This document shows positions 34,501 to 46,357 of a stretch of 46,357 bases of DNA, one piece after another. Numbering within the stretch: the stretch's first letter is position 1; the number at the start of each line of letters is the position of its first letter. The position numbers were made by a program, and so were the translations under genes. The notes beneath the pieces were generated by a model. That model made no database searches, was not told the DNA's origin, and saw only the letters and a list, made by a program, of their open reading frames with translations. The stretch comes from Phoronis australis (Eukaryota > Animalia > Phoronida): the NCBI GenBank assembly GCA_002633005.1, contig NMRA01000444.1, positions 332,130 to 378,486 of the forward strand, given 5' to 3'.

Positions 34501-37500
34501 TTAAGGTACGACCCTAGAAAAATATCCAAATTTGGCGAATTTTGGAACATAATGTCTCAGAAAAGGCTGGTTGGATTCATAAGAAACTTTCAGATACTGT
34601 GCTGTTTGCACTGTTCTCTAAAACGCTGTTAGTATTTATTGTTCTTAAATGTTCCACTTTCACATGACTGGCTCTGAAATGTAGGCTTTTATGATTTTCA
34701 TGATCAAACTTAAAAGTTCCATAAAACGAGAACAAAATGATAATATAGAAAACTTTGACAGCCGAGGGTTTGTGAGACATCATCTTGAACATCCTCATCA
34801 AACGGAATTTTCTCATGTTGATGATACTGTTGTTTTGTTATGAAAATTTGTTTGGACCAAACTAATCGCAGACCAGTATAAAGTCAAAAATCAAGATTCT
34901 GCAGTATTTCTACTCTCAGAAAATATACTTTTACCTAGTTCAAATCACTACTTTTGTAAATTTGTCAATCAGGTCCAACATAACCTTAATACTATTTTAT
35001 TAGAGATCATAACATACAACCAATCTAAAAATTATGTTACATTTCAGCAAAGAATCTATCATTTTAGGTTTCAGTTTACCATGCATCACAGGTTATCCAT
35101 TGCGGTCACTATGCCACCATTAGATATAATCACATTCCAATTCACGACACAATACAAACTAAAAAACAATCTCCAGCTTACCGCTTGAAGTTTTCGTTTG
35201 GCAGCTTTTGCGAGCTCAGAAAGGTCAAGGCTACTGTCGGCCATCTCTGGGATGATGAAGTGCTGACCAGACCTGTGATCTGAAGCAGGGAACCAAGCAC
35301 TAGACTTGTCCACATTTGCCCATACAACAACGCTTGTTACATAATACTAACAACGAATAACCACATGAAAACAGAAATAAATGGAATTTTGTTTCTATCA
35401 CAGATTCTGCAGACATTTTAATCAAATAGCATACTTCTTGTAACATGGCACAAAAACAGAAAATGTTAGAAACACTGCATATCATAACTGCAGGTACAGT
35501 CAACTTTTCAATTAAAGAGGCATTTGCATGTTCCATTCTGTGTTCAGTTAAACTAGAAACTAGACAGTTATGTTAATAATGTTTTGGTATAAATCAGCGC
35601 ACCAACATCATATTAGTGAGACTTATTACTCTTTATGCACGCCCTCTGTTGGTCACATAGTGTGACCTATATATAGTTAAGTCTGAAATCATCTGTGAAC
35701 CAGAGACTTTCTGCTTACTGTGCAGATGCTCTAGTCCACTCAGCTATCGGGCCCACCAGTTGATCACCGAAATGTATAATTGTTAGTTATACAGACTTTA
35801 AACGAATAATTAGGGATAACATCTTGAAGTCAAGTGTGAACAGACTAGAAAACAAGTATCAGTGGCTCCACCTACCAGGCTTCCTGCCACACAGGAAGTA
35901 GGCAAGTCTGTCTGTTAGTTCATATTGACACTCCACTAGTCTATCGGCCAAGTCGTTGTGCCCTTCAGCTCTGTAAGTAACGCAATGAGACATTTAACCC
36001 ACATTTTCATTCAGTTGATAGAGTGTGAAACTGATTAACTGTTGTAAGCATTTCAGTATTGTACTATATAAAATTACTTTTAAAATGCCAGTAACAAAAA
36101 CACATTGCAGTGTGACAAATATCCTTCATAACAAAGACAAAATGTTTTTGAACATTGTACTCTGAGAGAAAGGTCAGTATAACACAATTACGACACCAAC
36201 ACTAAACTTTTTCATCTGAATCACTCACTTGTATCTCTTTAAACTACCATCTCACATCTCAACTATTACTACTGAGCATACCACTGCATTAGACGTAACA
36301 CTTCAGATAGTACATGCATCCACTAGCAGAATATATTTTCTAAATGCTATGAATATTCGGGGAGTACTAGTGACACCTACGCAAAAGAACTTCTTATTGC
36401 CTCAAATCTCAAATGTTAAAGTATCAGCCAAAAACTCACCTGGCATAATCCACAGGTGTTTTACCCATTCCGTCCATAGCACCAGGGTCAGCTCCATAGA
36501 TGACCAATAGTTCAGCCTGGGCAGTCTGACCGGCCTGAGCAGCCACGTGGATTGGGCAGTTGCTCTTCTCCTACAAATAACCATCAACGATGCATTTTCA
36601 ATTTGTCCAGATTTACACCATAATCAACTTTTAAGATGGACTTCTCCACATTTCTGCATTAAACCAACTGTTAATAAATTTGTAAAAATAGAACACGCAA
36701 CTTAATGTTAACAACATAGCATGTAATGAAACAAGTTTTAATGATGCACAACATGAAACCTTTTTTGAAAACAGTAAAAGTCTATCAAATGATTTGGTAT
36801 GCAAATTGCAGCAAAAATTCTTAGCAGGAATGTCTTGTAAGAAAATCAAACTCAACACAACAATAAAAATACATGTGAAACTACTTACAGGATGGACAAA
36901 ATTAGGATTAGCACCAAGCGACAATATTCGTAAACTAGTTTCCAGGTTTCCTGTCCTAACACTTGAATGGAGTTGCTGAAAAAGAATATTTTCTAATGTA
37001 AGGCAGATTAGCTTTAAAAAGCATATTATATGAAAGTTGTTCTTCTGTCAGTACATGTATACAATAGTAAAACTAATGTCAATTACAAAAACCTAACATT
37101 AAACTGGCATTAAGCATGCAAAAGATGAGATGTACTGCTCTTACAGACTCAAAACATACTACGGTCAATCAAGTGTTGAATCACAGTAAGTCCATGCATA
37201 ACATATATTACAATCAGTGGTCTAGTATGCCACTGTTAATTGGTCTGTCCACACTGTTTGATCATTGCTCATACCTCGTCTAGACTTCCACATTGGATAC
37301 ACGGAATACAGTCACAATTCTATCCATTTATTAAACATGAGGTATTCTGAGTAAAAACACAATTTCTATAGAAACGGCAAATGATAACATGAATTGTTGT
37401 ACGATTATTTAGTTACAAATGATAACATGGACTATTGTGTAATTACAAATCTACCAACGGCCAATGTTTTGTCATCCATTCTCTATATCGACTGCTTATA

Positions 37501-40500
37501 CCTTCATATTGACTGTTGCTATGGCAATGTGTTATTAATCCCTTTTAAAAACTTCAGTGTGAACTAAGAGATCTCATCGTGACTCGATCCTGGTCTATTA
37601 CTATTCACAAGTCACTACTCTATCACTGCACCACACCATGTCACCAAACTTGAAAGTCCTCAAGCCTTTTTATGCCATTTGGATTCTAATATGTTTGTTT
37701 ATAAATAAAAGTAAAACATAAACCACTTGGCGAATACAAACCTACACCAATATATCGCAGTTCCCATCACTATGATATTGCACAAAGGTGTTTTCAAAGG
37801 TGAAAATGTTCACTGACGTTCAACACACATTGTTTGCATGAACTTAAACATGTGTACACTGAGCATGCAGACATGCAGCTTGCCAATATATTGATTGTTG
37901 ATTGCTTTGCATCAAAAGCAACCACTGTATGATCATCACAAACATGATATCTTTCCAAAAATACAACTGCCTTTTCATTTATTGTCCATTCTGAGTAACT
38001 TCTGGAAGTTTATTTCAAAATCTCTCCACACATTTTAGGTAAAACAACAACCAGCTGACTGACTGAAAGAGTGATTGACATGCAATCTAAAGGCCTAACA
38101 TTGCCTCCTTCAATAATTACTAAACGGATATGACCACATAATATAACTGACTTTCACACCCAGTCAATATGTTGGTTTACAGACACCAAAAATGTATTAA
38201 TGACACATAATATAACTGACTTTCCCACCCAGTCAATATGTTGGTTTACAGACACCAAAAATGTATTAATGACACATAATATAACTGACTTTCACACCCA
38301 GTCAATATGTTGGTTTACAGTCAANCGGTCAATATGTTGGTTTACAGACCCCAAAAATGTATTAATGCCTCCTTCAATAATTACTAAACGGATATGACCA
38401 CATAATATAACTGACTCTCACACCCAGTCAATATGTTGGTTTACAGACCCCAAAAATGTATTAATGCCTCCTTCAATAATTACTAAACGGATATGACCAC
38501 ATAATATAACTGACTCTCACACCAGGTCAATATGTTGGTTTACAGACACCAAAAATGTATTAATGCCTCCTTCAATAATTACTAAACGGATATGACCACA
38601 TAATATAACTGACTCTCACACCAGGTCAATATGTTGTATTAATGACCTCATGTCCTCCTTATCCATTATCACATTTTTGGGATCTGAAAACCAAAATACT
38701 GACCCCAGTGAAAGTCAATAATTGTATAAAATCTATTGTACTTACCCTTCTTAAATCTATTATACTTACCCTACTTAAATCTTCTATAGTGCTGATGTCA
38801 TCACTGATGGTGAGTTTCTTAGAAAATGCCAGAAACTGGTATTTGGCTCTGATGAAGTCTGCTTTGGTGGGACTGGAAATAGGGAAGCACGGTTGAATAC
38901 AATTATACATAGTCATGATTTCTAGTGACACACACACACGCACGCACGCACGAACGCACGCACAAACACACACAGATGAATGAGCTATTCTTTAGTCAAA
39001 ACATGACACCCTCAGTGTTCTCAATGTTTCTTCATTATTCTAGCATAAAATAATGTAAAAAATCAAGATGGTGTTCATTTTCCAGGATCTTAGATAACCT
39101 TACGTTTTTTTAATTTTCAAGATAATTGGCTGACTGCAGAGCCATGTCACCAAGGTGCTGTATAACCTGGTTATTACTGAATCAAACAACTTACTGAACA
39201 GGATCCCTTGGGTTGGGTTTTTTCCTGCCTGTTCTGTTCTGTGATGGATCAAGTAATGAATGCTCCCATATGTTGTTTGCACCAAGACTGACTAGCTGGT
39301 GTACTGTCTATAAACACAAAGGGAAATATATAAACAATATAGACACATATTGAAACAAACGTACAGTGCATGGTACAAGGAAGGAGACTGTTTCTCCTTC
39401 ATGACATCTGATACCTTCACAACTAAACTGGTTGGCAACGAACTGTCACTGAATAACATCTTCTCTTTAAAAATAAAGCATTCCCAAAATATGGCAGAAC
39501 TCAACAACACAGGAACTTTGCAGTTAACTATCAAGTAAATAATAATTGCTTACAACCATAAACTTTTTGAACAACTTTGCTGGAATATATTTACTAAAAA
39601 GGCCTAAAGCATACATTGGGACAGTACGAACCACACAAATACTGTATAATCCAGAGATTATTACAAAGAGGCCTCAATTATACAGAGAAATTGTACAGAA
39701 GTTGTGCAACTGACATAACTATAAGCAGCCAAGGGAGATAATTCCACTTACTGACAATAATGTTGGACTCCATACCCCCTTCTTTAGTGACTTCACCTGT
39801 GAGATGTGTCGGCCGAGGCTTCGATGAACGCTACAGCATTCATCACAGATTAACACACCGCGGTTAATAGACGCCCACTTGGGATCTGTAAATGAAATTC
39901 TTAAGTTGTAAAATGTTAAATGTATTCAATTTACTCTTCACAATTGGGAAAACTTACAGGTATGATCGAAGATTTGACCCAAAACATTTATGTAAATTAA
40001 CAGTATTTAATATGCACTTCACAAGGTAGCCACTGCTGACTAAAAGCAACCAAAATTTCACTAGATCCTGCAAATTGCAAATGTGTTTTTAATTCAGAAA
40101 GAATTCTGAAGGTGCTAACATTAATACTGATAACAAATTTATTAGCATACACTTAACATTTTCCATTAATTAGCCACAAACATTCAATAGCTAGCTCTGC
40201 TGCAACACAATGTTAGAAAGAGCTACAGACGTCCATGAGATCCAGAACACAGATCTACTGTTACTAGTATTGACCATGTACAGATCTTCAGAAACTGACC
40301 ATGTACAAACATAGATCTACAGCTATTGACCAAGCGAAAGCCTGTACACTTAATTAGAGTTCAATTACAAAATTTGTTCAATAGAGCCTTTAATGGTGTG
40401 GGTCAATTTGGTGATGTTTGGACACAATGCCAAGCCATCATAATGGATGTGCGCAGGAATTTTAATAATGGGCACACAAGAAATGAAATCTGCTAAATGG

Positions 40501-43500
40501 AAAGGAATCTCATGAAAGTGATTCTTGAATTACCAGATAGCTAATAATATCTAGTCATATCACAAGAACATATAAAATGTTTGTTGCAGCTGTAAGCACA
40601 GCCAAAAGGAAGTAAGATAGTCCTGGAATAAATATCATTTCCTGGATGCAAAACACGTTCACCCTGAGAATGATGGTCAGTGCATTTCACCGAGTCTCAC
40701 AAATGAACTTGGATCAGAAAAATGTTTTTAAATATCAACTATGATATTTCCAAGAACATCAATACTAGACAAAATTACAATTTTTGATAACCAAGAGAAA
40801 ATTAAAACTTTGAGCACCAGGAAACAAATGAAATTGTAGAGATTACAGTATTTTGTATTGTCAAATGAATTTCAACCTAAAGCTCAGGCATGGATCAAGA
40901 ATTCAAGGGGAGTCAGACAATATAGACACAGGGGACACTTTATTCAGCCATTATAGCGGCATAAAAGTAGCAGAGCTGGAGCCCAAACATCACAGACAGC
41001 ATCTGAATCTGGAATTATTATGTTTTTCAAAATTGTGAGCTCAGTGAAACTCTACCCGCAAATGCAAAAATATGAAGTCAACATCAATATGCAAAATTAG
41101 AAGAGTGGCAGCACTCTAGAGGGTGACTAGAAGAGCCGTCACCCGCAAATCTCGATTAACTTGAAAATGGCTACTTAAAATATGAGAAATGGAACACCCA
41201 CTCCAGATAGCACTAAAGAGATCTATTCACATACTACCATAGAAAGATAGAAATGTCCACTACAGTGCCACCTTCAGGTCTGATTTCAACCACAGCACCA
41301 CATGGTGTGTATGAATTTCATTTCTATTGGATAAGAAATGCAACTTGTAGTGTAAACAAAGAAATGAAAGTGATCCAGAGAGCAACATTTAGCAAAAATG
41401 AATGATAAAACCATAATGTTGAAGGTTGACGAGAAAATATGCAAAATTTGATAAAAGATGACGGTGATGATGGTGACAGAAGACAACAAAAAAGATTAAG
41501 AAACATAGCCTTGTATAGTATAAGACAATCAAACAAAAGAGCAGTCATCAGAAAATCTGGAATAACTCGAGAATGGTAAATCAGAGTGAAAAACAGATTG
41601 CATGTGTCCGACAGGCATTGACAAAATGGATGGTATGTGTCCGATAGGAATTGACAAAATGGATGGTATGTGTCCGATAGGCATTGACAAAACGGGTGGT
41701 ATGTGCCTGACAGGCCTTGATAAAATGTATCCCTCACATGAAAATGAAACTATGGTTCCGTAAAGATGAATTTTGAAGAATTTAATAAAATGCAGCAACT
41801 CATGAGATAATGAGACATCGCATACTAGTAATGGGTGCAAATTTCAAGTCAATGAAATGAAAAATACGGCACATTTTTACTGTCATGCGAATGATCAATC
41901 TAGTACCCATGTTGCTTTTGAATGAAGACAGCCGCTACAGCCTGCCAACGTACCAGCATCAGAAATTAGTCATCAATAAATTTTGAATAACTGAAGAATG
42001 GGTGAATCATAACGAGAAACGGGTCTAAAACTTCATCTAATAGTAGCTTTTAACAAGGTCTATTTACATGCCAAGTTTCAGGAAGATGCGTCAAAGGATG
42101 GCCAATCTGATGCACAAAACTCTAACAGCAGTTGTCAGAAAATCTTGAATAATTTGAGGACGGTTAAGTCGTAGCACATAACAGATGGCATGTTCTAGAT
42201 ATCCCTTGAAAAGATATATCTAAACACCAAATTTCAGAAAGATATCTCAAAGAAAAACAGAGCTATGGCTCCACAAAGCAAACAATCAAAAAGGCCACCA
42301 CAGCGCCATCTCATCCAATTTCAACAAACTATACTTAGGCTTGGAGTTGTTGACAAAACACGTTCTGACAAAAATTATTGCAGAATAATATCCATACATG
42401 ACCAAAAATTAGCCTTGGAGCAATAAAAATTTGAGTTGAATTTGATACACTGAAATTGGCAAAAACATTTGAATCGATGGAATTTCGGGTACTTTACTGA
42501 AAGCAGTTTTACACCAGTAAATGATCCAATAATCTTCCTTGTTTGAGAATTACAGACACAAACTTAAATTTTCAGTTAACAAAACCTTTCACCCTATTGG
42601 CAGAGAGCCTTAACAAACATCAGTTGAAGGATTAAGGGAACTTTCCATTGTAATTGCTACTTTTACCATTTAATCTACTGTGCACTGATAGGTAATGTGA
42701 AATCTCACTATGTGGTAATACAATTTAAATCTCCTTTTGAACACTGATGTACAGAGGCTTATTTTACAACTAGTCACACCATGTTGCATCACTAAGAGCC
42801 CAATCAGACAGTTTACAGTTATCTGGGTTTTCCCACAACTCTCGTTATTGTAAGTCAGATAAACTCTGACAATCAAAGCATAGAAAAATCAATAACCTTC
42901 TCCAGAAGTAGACATACATACAGCATGCTACTTATGGATACTAAGAGTTCTTGATCAATTATGTTTAGATGCAGAAGCCAAGAAGTTACAAAATTGTACC
43001 AAGAAACCAGATTAACTAATTTTGAGTACCAGATACACTGGCTTAATTATTTTTACTGTTGATAATTTTGGAGCTTTAATGTTATTTGACTGGGAACAAA
43101 ACAACAAAATACTAGCAATTAAATTTCCCAAAAGGGTAGTTTGAAATTTGCTTCTGAGAAATGACAAACTGAACTGAAGTATTGCTCATTTTATGATGAT
43201 ATGTTTAGAAATGATTGTTCAATTAATCAACAAATAGCTATTAGTATACTCACTAAAGGCATTAGTGTACCCACTAAAGCTATTAGTAATTAACTATTGG
43301 GGTTATTCACTAGCATTAAATATGTGTACGCGCTATGCTGGGTATGACTGTAAAATGAATTATGACAAAAGAGAATAGAAAATCCATCTCATACATCAAT
43401 GGTAAGGAAATACTTCTTGGATTATTGACTATACTTTATAAACAATGAACTCATGTAAGGCATAAATAAAATTTAGTTTATCTCCCTCACATAATTGACC

Positions 43501-45473
43501 ACAAACACTTTTTACAATCTGGTAAAAGAAAATATTTTCCAGATCTATGTAAGAGCTAAAATATTTTTACATGAGCATACTTCAACAAAAAGTGGACAAA
43601 TAAAATATTACCTTCTGACCTACCCATCTCATTGGAGTAACATTAGGGCCTTAGACGATTCTGATTTAAATGTTCAATTCTGAGTCCAAAAATAAAGTTG
43701 GGAAACCATTGATAAACCAACAACATCTTAAGTAACTAAAACAATAAGAGCAACACCCCCTCAAGGATAAATAACAAACGTGTCATTTCAACTTGAAAAA
43801 TTGTTCTTTTAATAGTTCAATGACACCACCTAAGTTATCTGACATTAAACAAACTGAGTCACACTGCTGAACTTTGCAAATAATGAGGAGCTTGCTTATA
43901 AAAGGTCTGTGAACTTAAGTGCTAAGAAAGCCAAACACAAGTTGAAAACGAAGGACTTCCTACTGTTAAATCTTTATTGCTTTTAACATGTGTACTTTAC
44001 ACCTGATTGGTTGTACCTAAAGACACCAGATCACTTCAGACATTCAAATATCAAATACATGAACTTTCCAGTTCCATCGGATATCTAGTCTCCATGCCAT
44101 TAATGGACTCCAAAAGTCGTAATTACCATACTAAAATTTCTACACAAAAACAAATTAACTACGATATTTTGCGATGCAAGAAGTCTAGCATCAGGTACAT
44201 ACAAACTAGAATAACATTTTTATTATAAAAATGCTTTCAAAATTTGTCTCCAACTAAGCATTGAGCATCGTTGCTGCCATCAGCTCCATACAACACTAAT
44301 GAGATTTATATTTTAAAAATCAGCAAATGAAATTGTGACATCAAATTTACCCGAGGAGGGTATATTTAACATATACTTTTTGACAGGGATGATGCTGGAA
44401 AATTAGGATGATCACCCGTTTAGAGAAGACGCATCCATTTAGATGACACATTTAGACAGTGTACTTGCAATTTAGAGTGGAGTCAAAAAGGAACATCCAA
44501 CATTAAAAAGTCATGCTTTTGCAGAATTTTGTTCCAAAAAACACTCTATGTAGCCTGGTTAATGCCATAAACCGACTCCCCTAAGTAAGGGTCTGGCCGG
44601 TCTGGGAAGGAAATCTTTTTACATATTAAATCAGAAACAATGCAAGAAAAGATACCATGTTACAAGTATTAAAATAGGAACATTTTTCGCAACCAATGCT
44701 TTAAAAACAAAGACAATATTAATTAAAGGACAACCTGTAGATTTTTGTAGTTAGAATAGGATACTTTGGATCTCCCAAAATGAATGTTTTTGTTGAGAAT
44801 TAAATCTGGGAGTGAACCACTCCATTGATAATTTTGTTGGTAAAGGCTGTATGCACACAGGTTAAAGAGACTGATAACGGAATTGTAGTGAACTCGGGTA
44901 AAAAAACACAATAGTAGTTGAACATCAGAACAATGACTGGTAATATTTTGTTTATCACACTAGCTAATAGTAATCAGTAGATTTTCATTAAAATTTGAAT
45001 ATTTAGCATGCCAAATTTCCATTAGTCACATGCTATGAAACAAAAAAACAAAATAGGCTGTCACTGAATGGAAGGGTGAACTTGTTTGTATTAACAAAGT
45101 GATATGACTTTCCATCTTGGTTCTTTATGCTGTGCAAATGTAAACAGATTCACAAGATAGGGTGTACTCAAAAAGTTTGTAAGCAGTTTTGAAAATGACA
45201 GTGACGAATTATTGCGAGACTAAGGAGTAAATACAAATAAACAGGCTGTTTTACGGAGGTCATAAATAATAAACACGAAAAATCTGGCAAAATATTAAGA
45301 AATTGTGAAGAACCTGACAATTTGTTTTAGTGATACTTGATAAGTCGATGTTGATAACAAATGAATGTTGATGTTGACCACAAACATTGCCGTTTAAATA
45401 ACACGCGCATCATACCTGACGCCCCACAGTCAGCGCAGACTTCGCTGGTCTGACGTAGCTTTCCCCTGGACAT
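25392..45473 (-). CDS. GIT: ARF GTPase-activating protein GIT (GIT1/GIT2 family), complete CDS, ~730 aa
   Basis: 18 GT-AG, phase-consistent coding exons totalling 2193 nt. Domains: ArfGAP zinc finger (CADC...CDECCSVHRSLG), ankyrin repeats, Spa2-homology repeats (FEELAMDVYDEVDRRE; GRQKLAR), coiled coil and paxillin-binding domain (IQCAFDIAKAAKQLVT). Confidence 0.96.
25837..25900 (-). CDS. GIT: GIT exon (YGPCSDMIHAAVTDMASLFPE)
   Basis: Conserved motif; AG/GT boundaries. Confidence 0.93.
26303..26479 (-). CDS. GIT: GIT exon (...LPSQEKVVKKTENITHKIQDLL...)
   Basis: Start of the C-terminal domain; phases 2-2. Confidence 0.92.
26698..26786 (-). CDS. GIT: GIT exon (VDKVAKLP...SDYDN...)
   Basis: SDYDN motif; phases 0-2. 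Confidence 0.85.
28323..28526 (-). CDS. GIT: GIT exon (IDNMSQENSKLR...RPQSMFE...)
   Basis: End of coiled coil; RPxSM motif; phases 0-0. Confidence 0.88.
29566..29718 (-). CDS. GIT: GIT exon, coiled coil (ISLEDYLDVKKSLVASEARVQQLM)
   Basis: Conserved coiled-coil motif; gtgagt donor. Confidence 0.9.
30378..30790. repeat. Perfect 15-bp minisatellite, ~27.5 copies
   Basis: (agtccatgtactaca)n with no visible variant. Confidence 0.97.
31219..31320. repeat. 15-bp tandem repeat (atgacgacggtgatg) x~6.5
   Basis: Seen directly. Confidence 0.9.
31579..31629 (-). CDS. Candidate GIT cassette exon (KYSGLSFPHSSMISFTE)
   Basis: 51 nt, phases 0-0, pyrimidine-rich acceptor (...cattcttttcaaatgcag) and GAG|gtgaga donor. 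No homology support. Confidence 0.5.
31946..32151 (-). CDS. GIT: GIT exon (...SDDEPLYDIVASDEDY...)
   Basis: Conserved YDxVASDED motif; phases 1-0. Confidence 0.9.
32940..33057 (-). CDS. GIT: GIT exon, SHD repeat 2 (GRQKLARVNAREFATLVIDILSDAKRRQ)
   Basis: Conserved motif. Confidence 0.95.
33661..33758 (-). CDS. GIT: GIT exon (...VPFLPVNPEFTSTRNQ)
   Basis: Conserved motif. Confidence 0.95.
33819..33885. repeat. 22-bp GC-rich tandem repeat x3
   Basis: Unit ggggtctgcctgcccctgctca. Confidence 0.85.
34263..34335 (-). CDS. GIT: GIT exon, SHD repeat 1 (LPNNLFEELAMDVYDEVDRRENDS)
   Basis: Conserved motif. Confidence 0.95.
35182..35279 (-). CDS. GIT: GIT exon (DHRSGQHFIIPEMADSSLDLSELAKAAKRKLQA)
   Basis: Conserved motif. 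Confidence 0.95.
35625..35790 (-). mobile_element. tRNA-derived SINE-like repeat, family A (degraded)
   Basis: Shares aagtctgaaa...ctgtgcaga...gtccact.agctat.ggg with 7430-7610. Confidence 0.55.
35876..35970 (-). CDS. GIT: GIT exon (AEGHNDLADRLVECQYELTDRLAYFLCGRKP)
   Basis: Conserved motif. Confidence 0.95.
36440..36570 (-). CDS. GIT: GIT exon, ankyrin repeats (CPIHVAAQAGQ...YGADPGA...GKTPVDYA)
   Basis: Ankyrin consensus. Confidence 0.95.
36889..36975 (-). CDS. GIT: GIT exon, ankyrin repeat (QLHSSVRTGNLETSLRILSLGANPNFVHP)
   Basis: Conserved motif. Confidence 0.95.
37575..37638 (-). repeat. Degenerate tRNA-like SINE head
   Basis: The minus strand has A-box-like TGGTGCAGTG and B-box-like GGATCGAGTC at tRNA spacing; stems are imperfect. 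Confidence 0.3.
38101..38640. repeat. Composite tandem repeat (~70/~120-bp units) with N at 38325
   Basis: Recurrent cacataatataactgact.tcacacccagtcaatatgttggtttacagac.ccaaaaatgtattaatg. Confidence 0.9.
38770..38872 (-). CDS. GIT: GIT exon (PTKADFIRAKYQFLAF...)
   Basis: ArfGAP C-terminal FIRAKY motif. Confidence 0.95.
38927..38974. repeat. (CA)n/(GCAC)n microsatellite
   Basis: Seen directly. Confidence 0.9.
39195..39307 (-). CDS. GIT: GIT exon (GANNIWEHSLLDP)
   Basis: ArfGAP ANxIWE motif. Confidence 0.95.
39752..39885 (-). CDS. GIT: GIT exon (DPKWASINRGVLICDECCSVHRSLGRHISQVK)
   Basis: ArfGAP zinc finger and catalytic Arg present. Confidence 0.97.
41096..42615. mobile_element. Possible second HINE/Helentron-like non-autonomous element (boundaries uncertain)
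   Basis: Start has tagaagag and the inverted repeat gggtgac/gtcaccc. Internal units resemble ccaagtttcaggaagat and ccaaatttcagaaagat. Confidence 0.35.
41603..41715. repeat. 33-bp tandem repeat x~3.5
   Basis: Unit tgtgtccgataggcattgacaaaatggatggta. Confidence 0.85.
45416..45473 (-). CDS. GIT: GIT first coding exon (MSRGKLRQTSEVCADCGAS)
   Basis: EVCADC motif and gtatga donor. A likely acceptor at 45504-45505 implies an upstream non-coding exon. Confidence 0.93.
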
Positions 45474-46357
45474 GGGAAATGGGTACTGTGAGACCTTAAT
45501 CCACTGTAATTGCACCAAAATATCAGGTGAAAGAAACACCCTCTCTTTGAACAGGAAGCAAACCACAAAGACCACTGGGTGGCGCTGTAAGAAGATGACT
45601 AATTAAAAGTCGTAAATATACATTTTCCTCTATTTTATCTCAATTGATTCTGCTATTCAATACGATATAATTCACATAATGTATTACCAAATGAGTAGAA
45701 ACAAGTCTTAAAACTTTCGGTTAATGAATTTTGTTTTACGACTCGTGTAAAGTAGTCGTACACAAACAGCTTTTTGAAGGAAGGGGATTTGGGAAGCTGA
45801 CTTTGAGAAATGTCTGAGAAAACTTTATCTAAAGAGTACCCTTTGCATTGGTTGATTTGGCACAACGATTACAGAGAGCTGGATTCAACTCTTAAGAACG
45901 ACGCCGTAAGTTTAAATTTACTGTAGTTGTATTATCTGCTTTTAACATGTCGTCATGCCAAGTTTTCTTCACGCCTGAGCCGTCGAGGCTGAGCCTGAGG
46001 CCGTGAGTCGTGACTCTGAGTCACAACTTGTTGAGACGTGACTTTTGGAAATTGTTACATTATGAAATGTTCTATGACTTACTCTTCCAGTTTGGTTGCC
46101 ATGAATTTAAATAGTCATGAACGGGCGTAAGTTGGCAAGGCATGCTGAATGGTTTTTTAGGATTTTTTTTGGAAAAGTTGAGTGGGGTGCATTTACTCAT
46201 ACAATTGGGATTAACTCCCAAGAAGTTGCATTTATGCATTGGGTGGTGGCACATTATAATTAATCCTGTGCGCTGGAAGATTTTCTGTAAATTATTTTTA
46301 ACGCTAGCTACTGTCAATGACAAAGTTTGCGTAGTTACTATGTGTACCTTTTGAGTG

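Overview
This is eukaryotic (invertebrate-looking, AT-rich) genomic DNA from a draft assembly. It has N-gaps at 9306-9592 and 22420-22675 and single Ns at 18804, 32455 and 38325. (1) 1-3177 is the 3' part of a degenerate Ty3/Gypsy LTR retrotransposon: RNase H end, integrase, PPT and a 599-bp 3' LTR. Between pol and the PPT it carries an extra intact two-zinc-finger ORF. A mini-exon inside the LTR (strong ATG, MEQLDC, GTAAGT donor) splices in frame onto that ORF, and also onto the next host exon. (2) 4157-21715 (+) holds 13 exons of a TRMT2/TrmA-family m5U methyltransferase-like gene. Its frame and SAM motif are intact, but the catalytic Gln, Cys, Glu and the PPR motif are replaced, and it has gained an ~800-aa acidic tail with SIM/SUMO motifs and RG blocks. 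Two segments of this gene appear twice beside Ns and are probably uncollapsed haplotypes. (3) 25392-45473 (-) is a complete 18-coding-exon GIT1/GIT2-family ArfGAP gene (~730 aa), convergent with gene 2. The rest is introns with minisatellites, tRNA-derived SINE-like repeats and Helentron/HINE-like elements bearing CTCF-like motifs. Exon models and family assignments were made by eye from splice signals, phase continuity and remembered family motifs; no searches were run.
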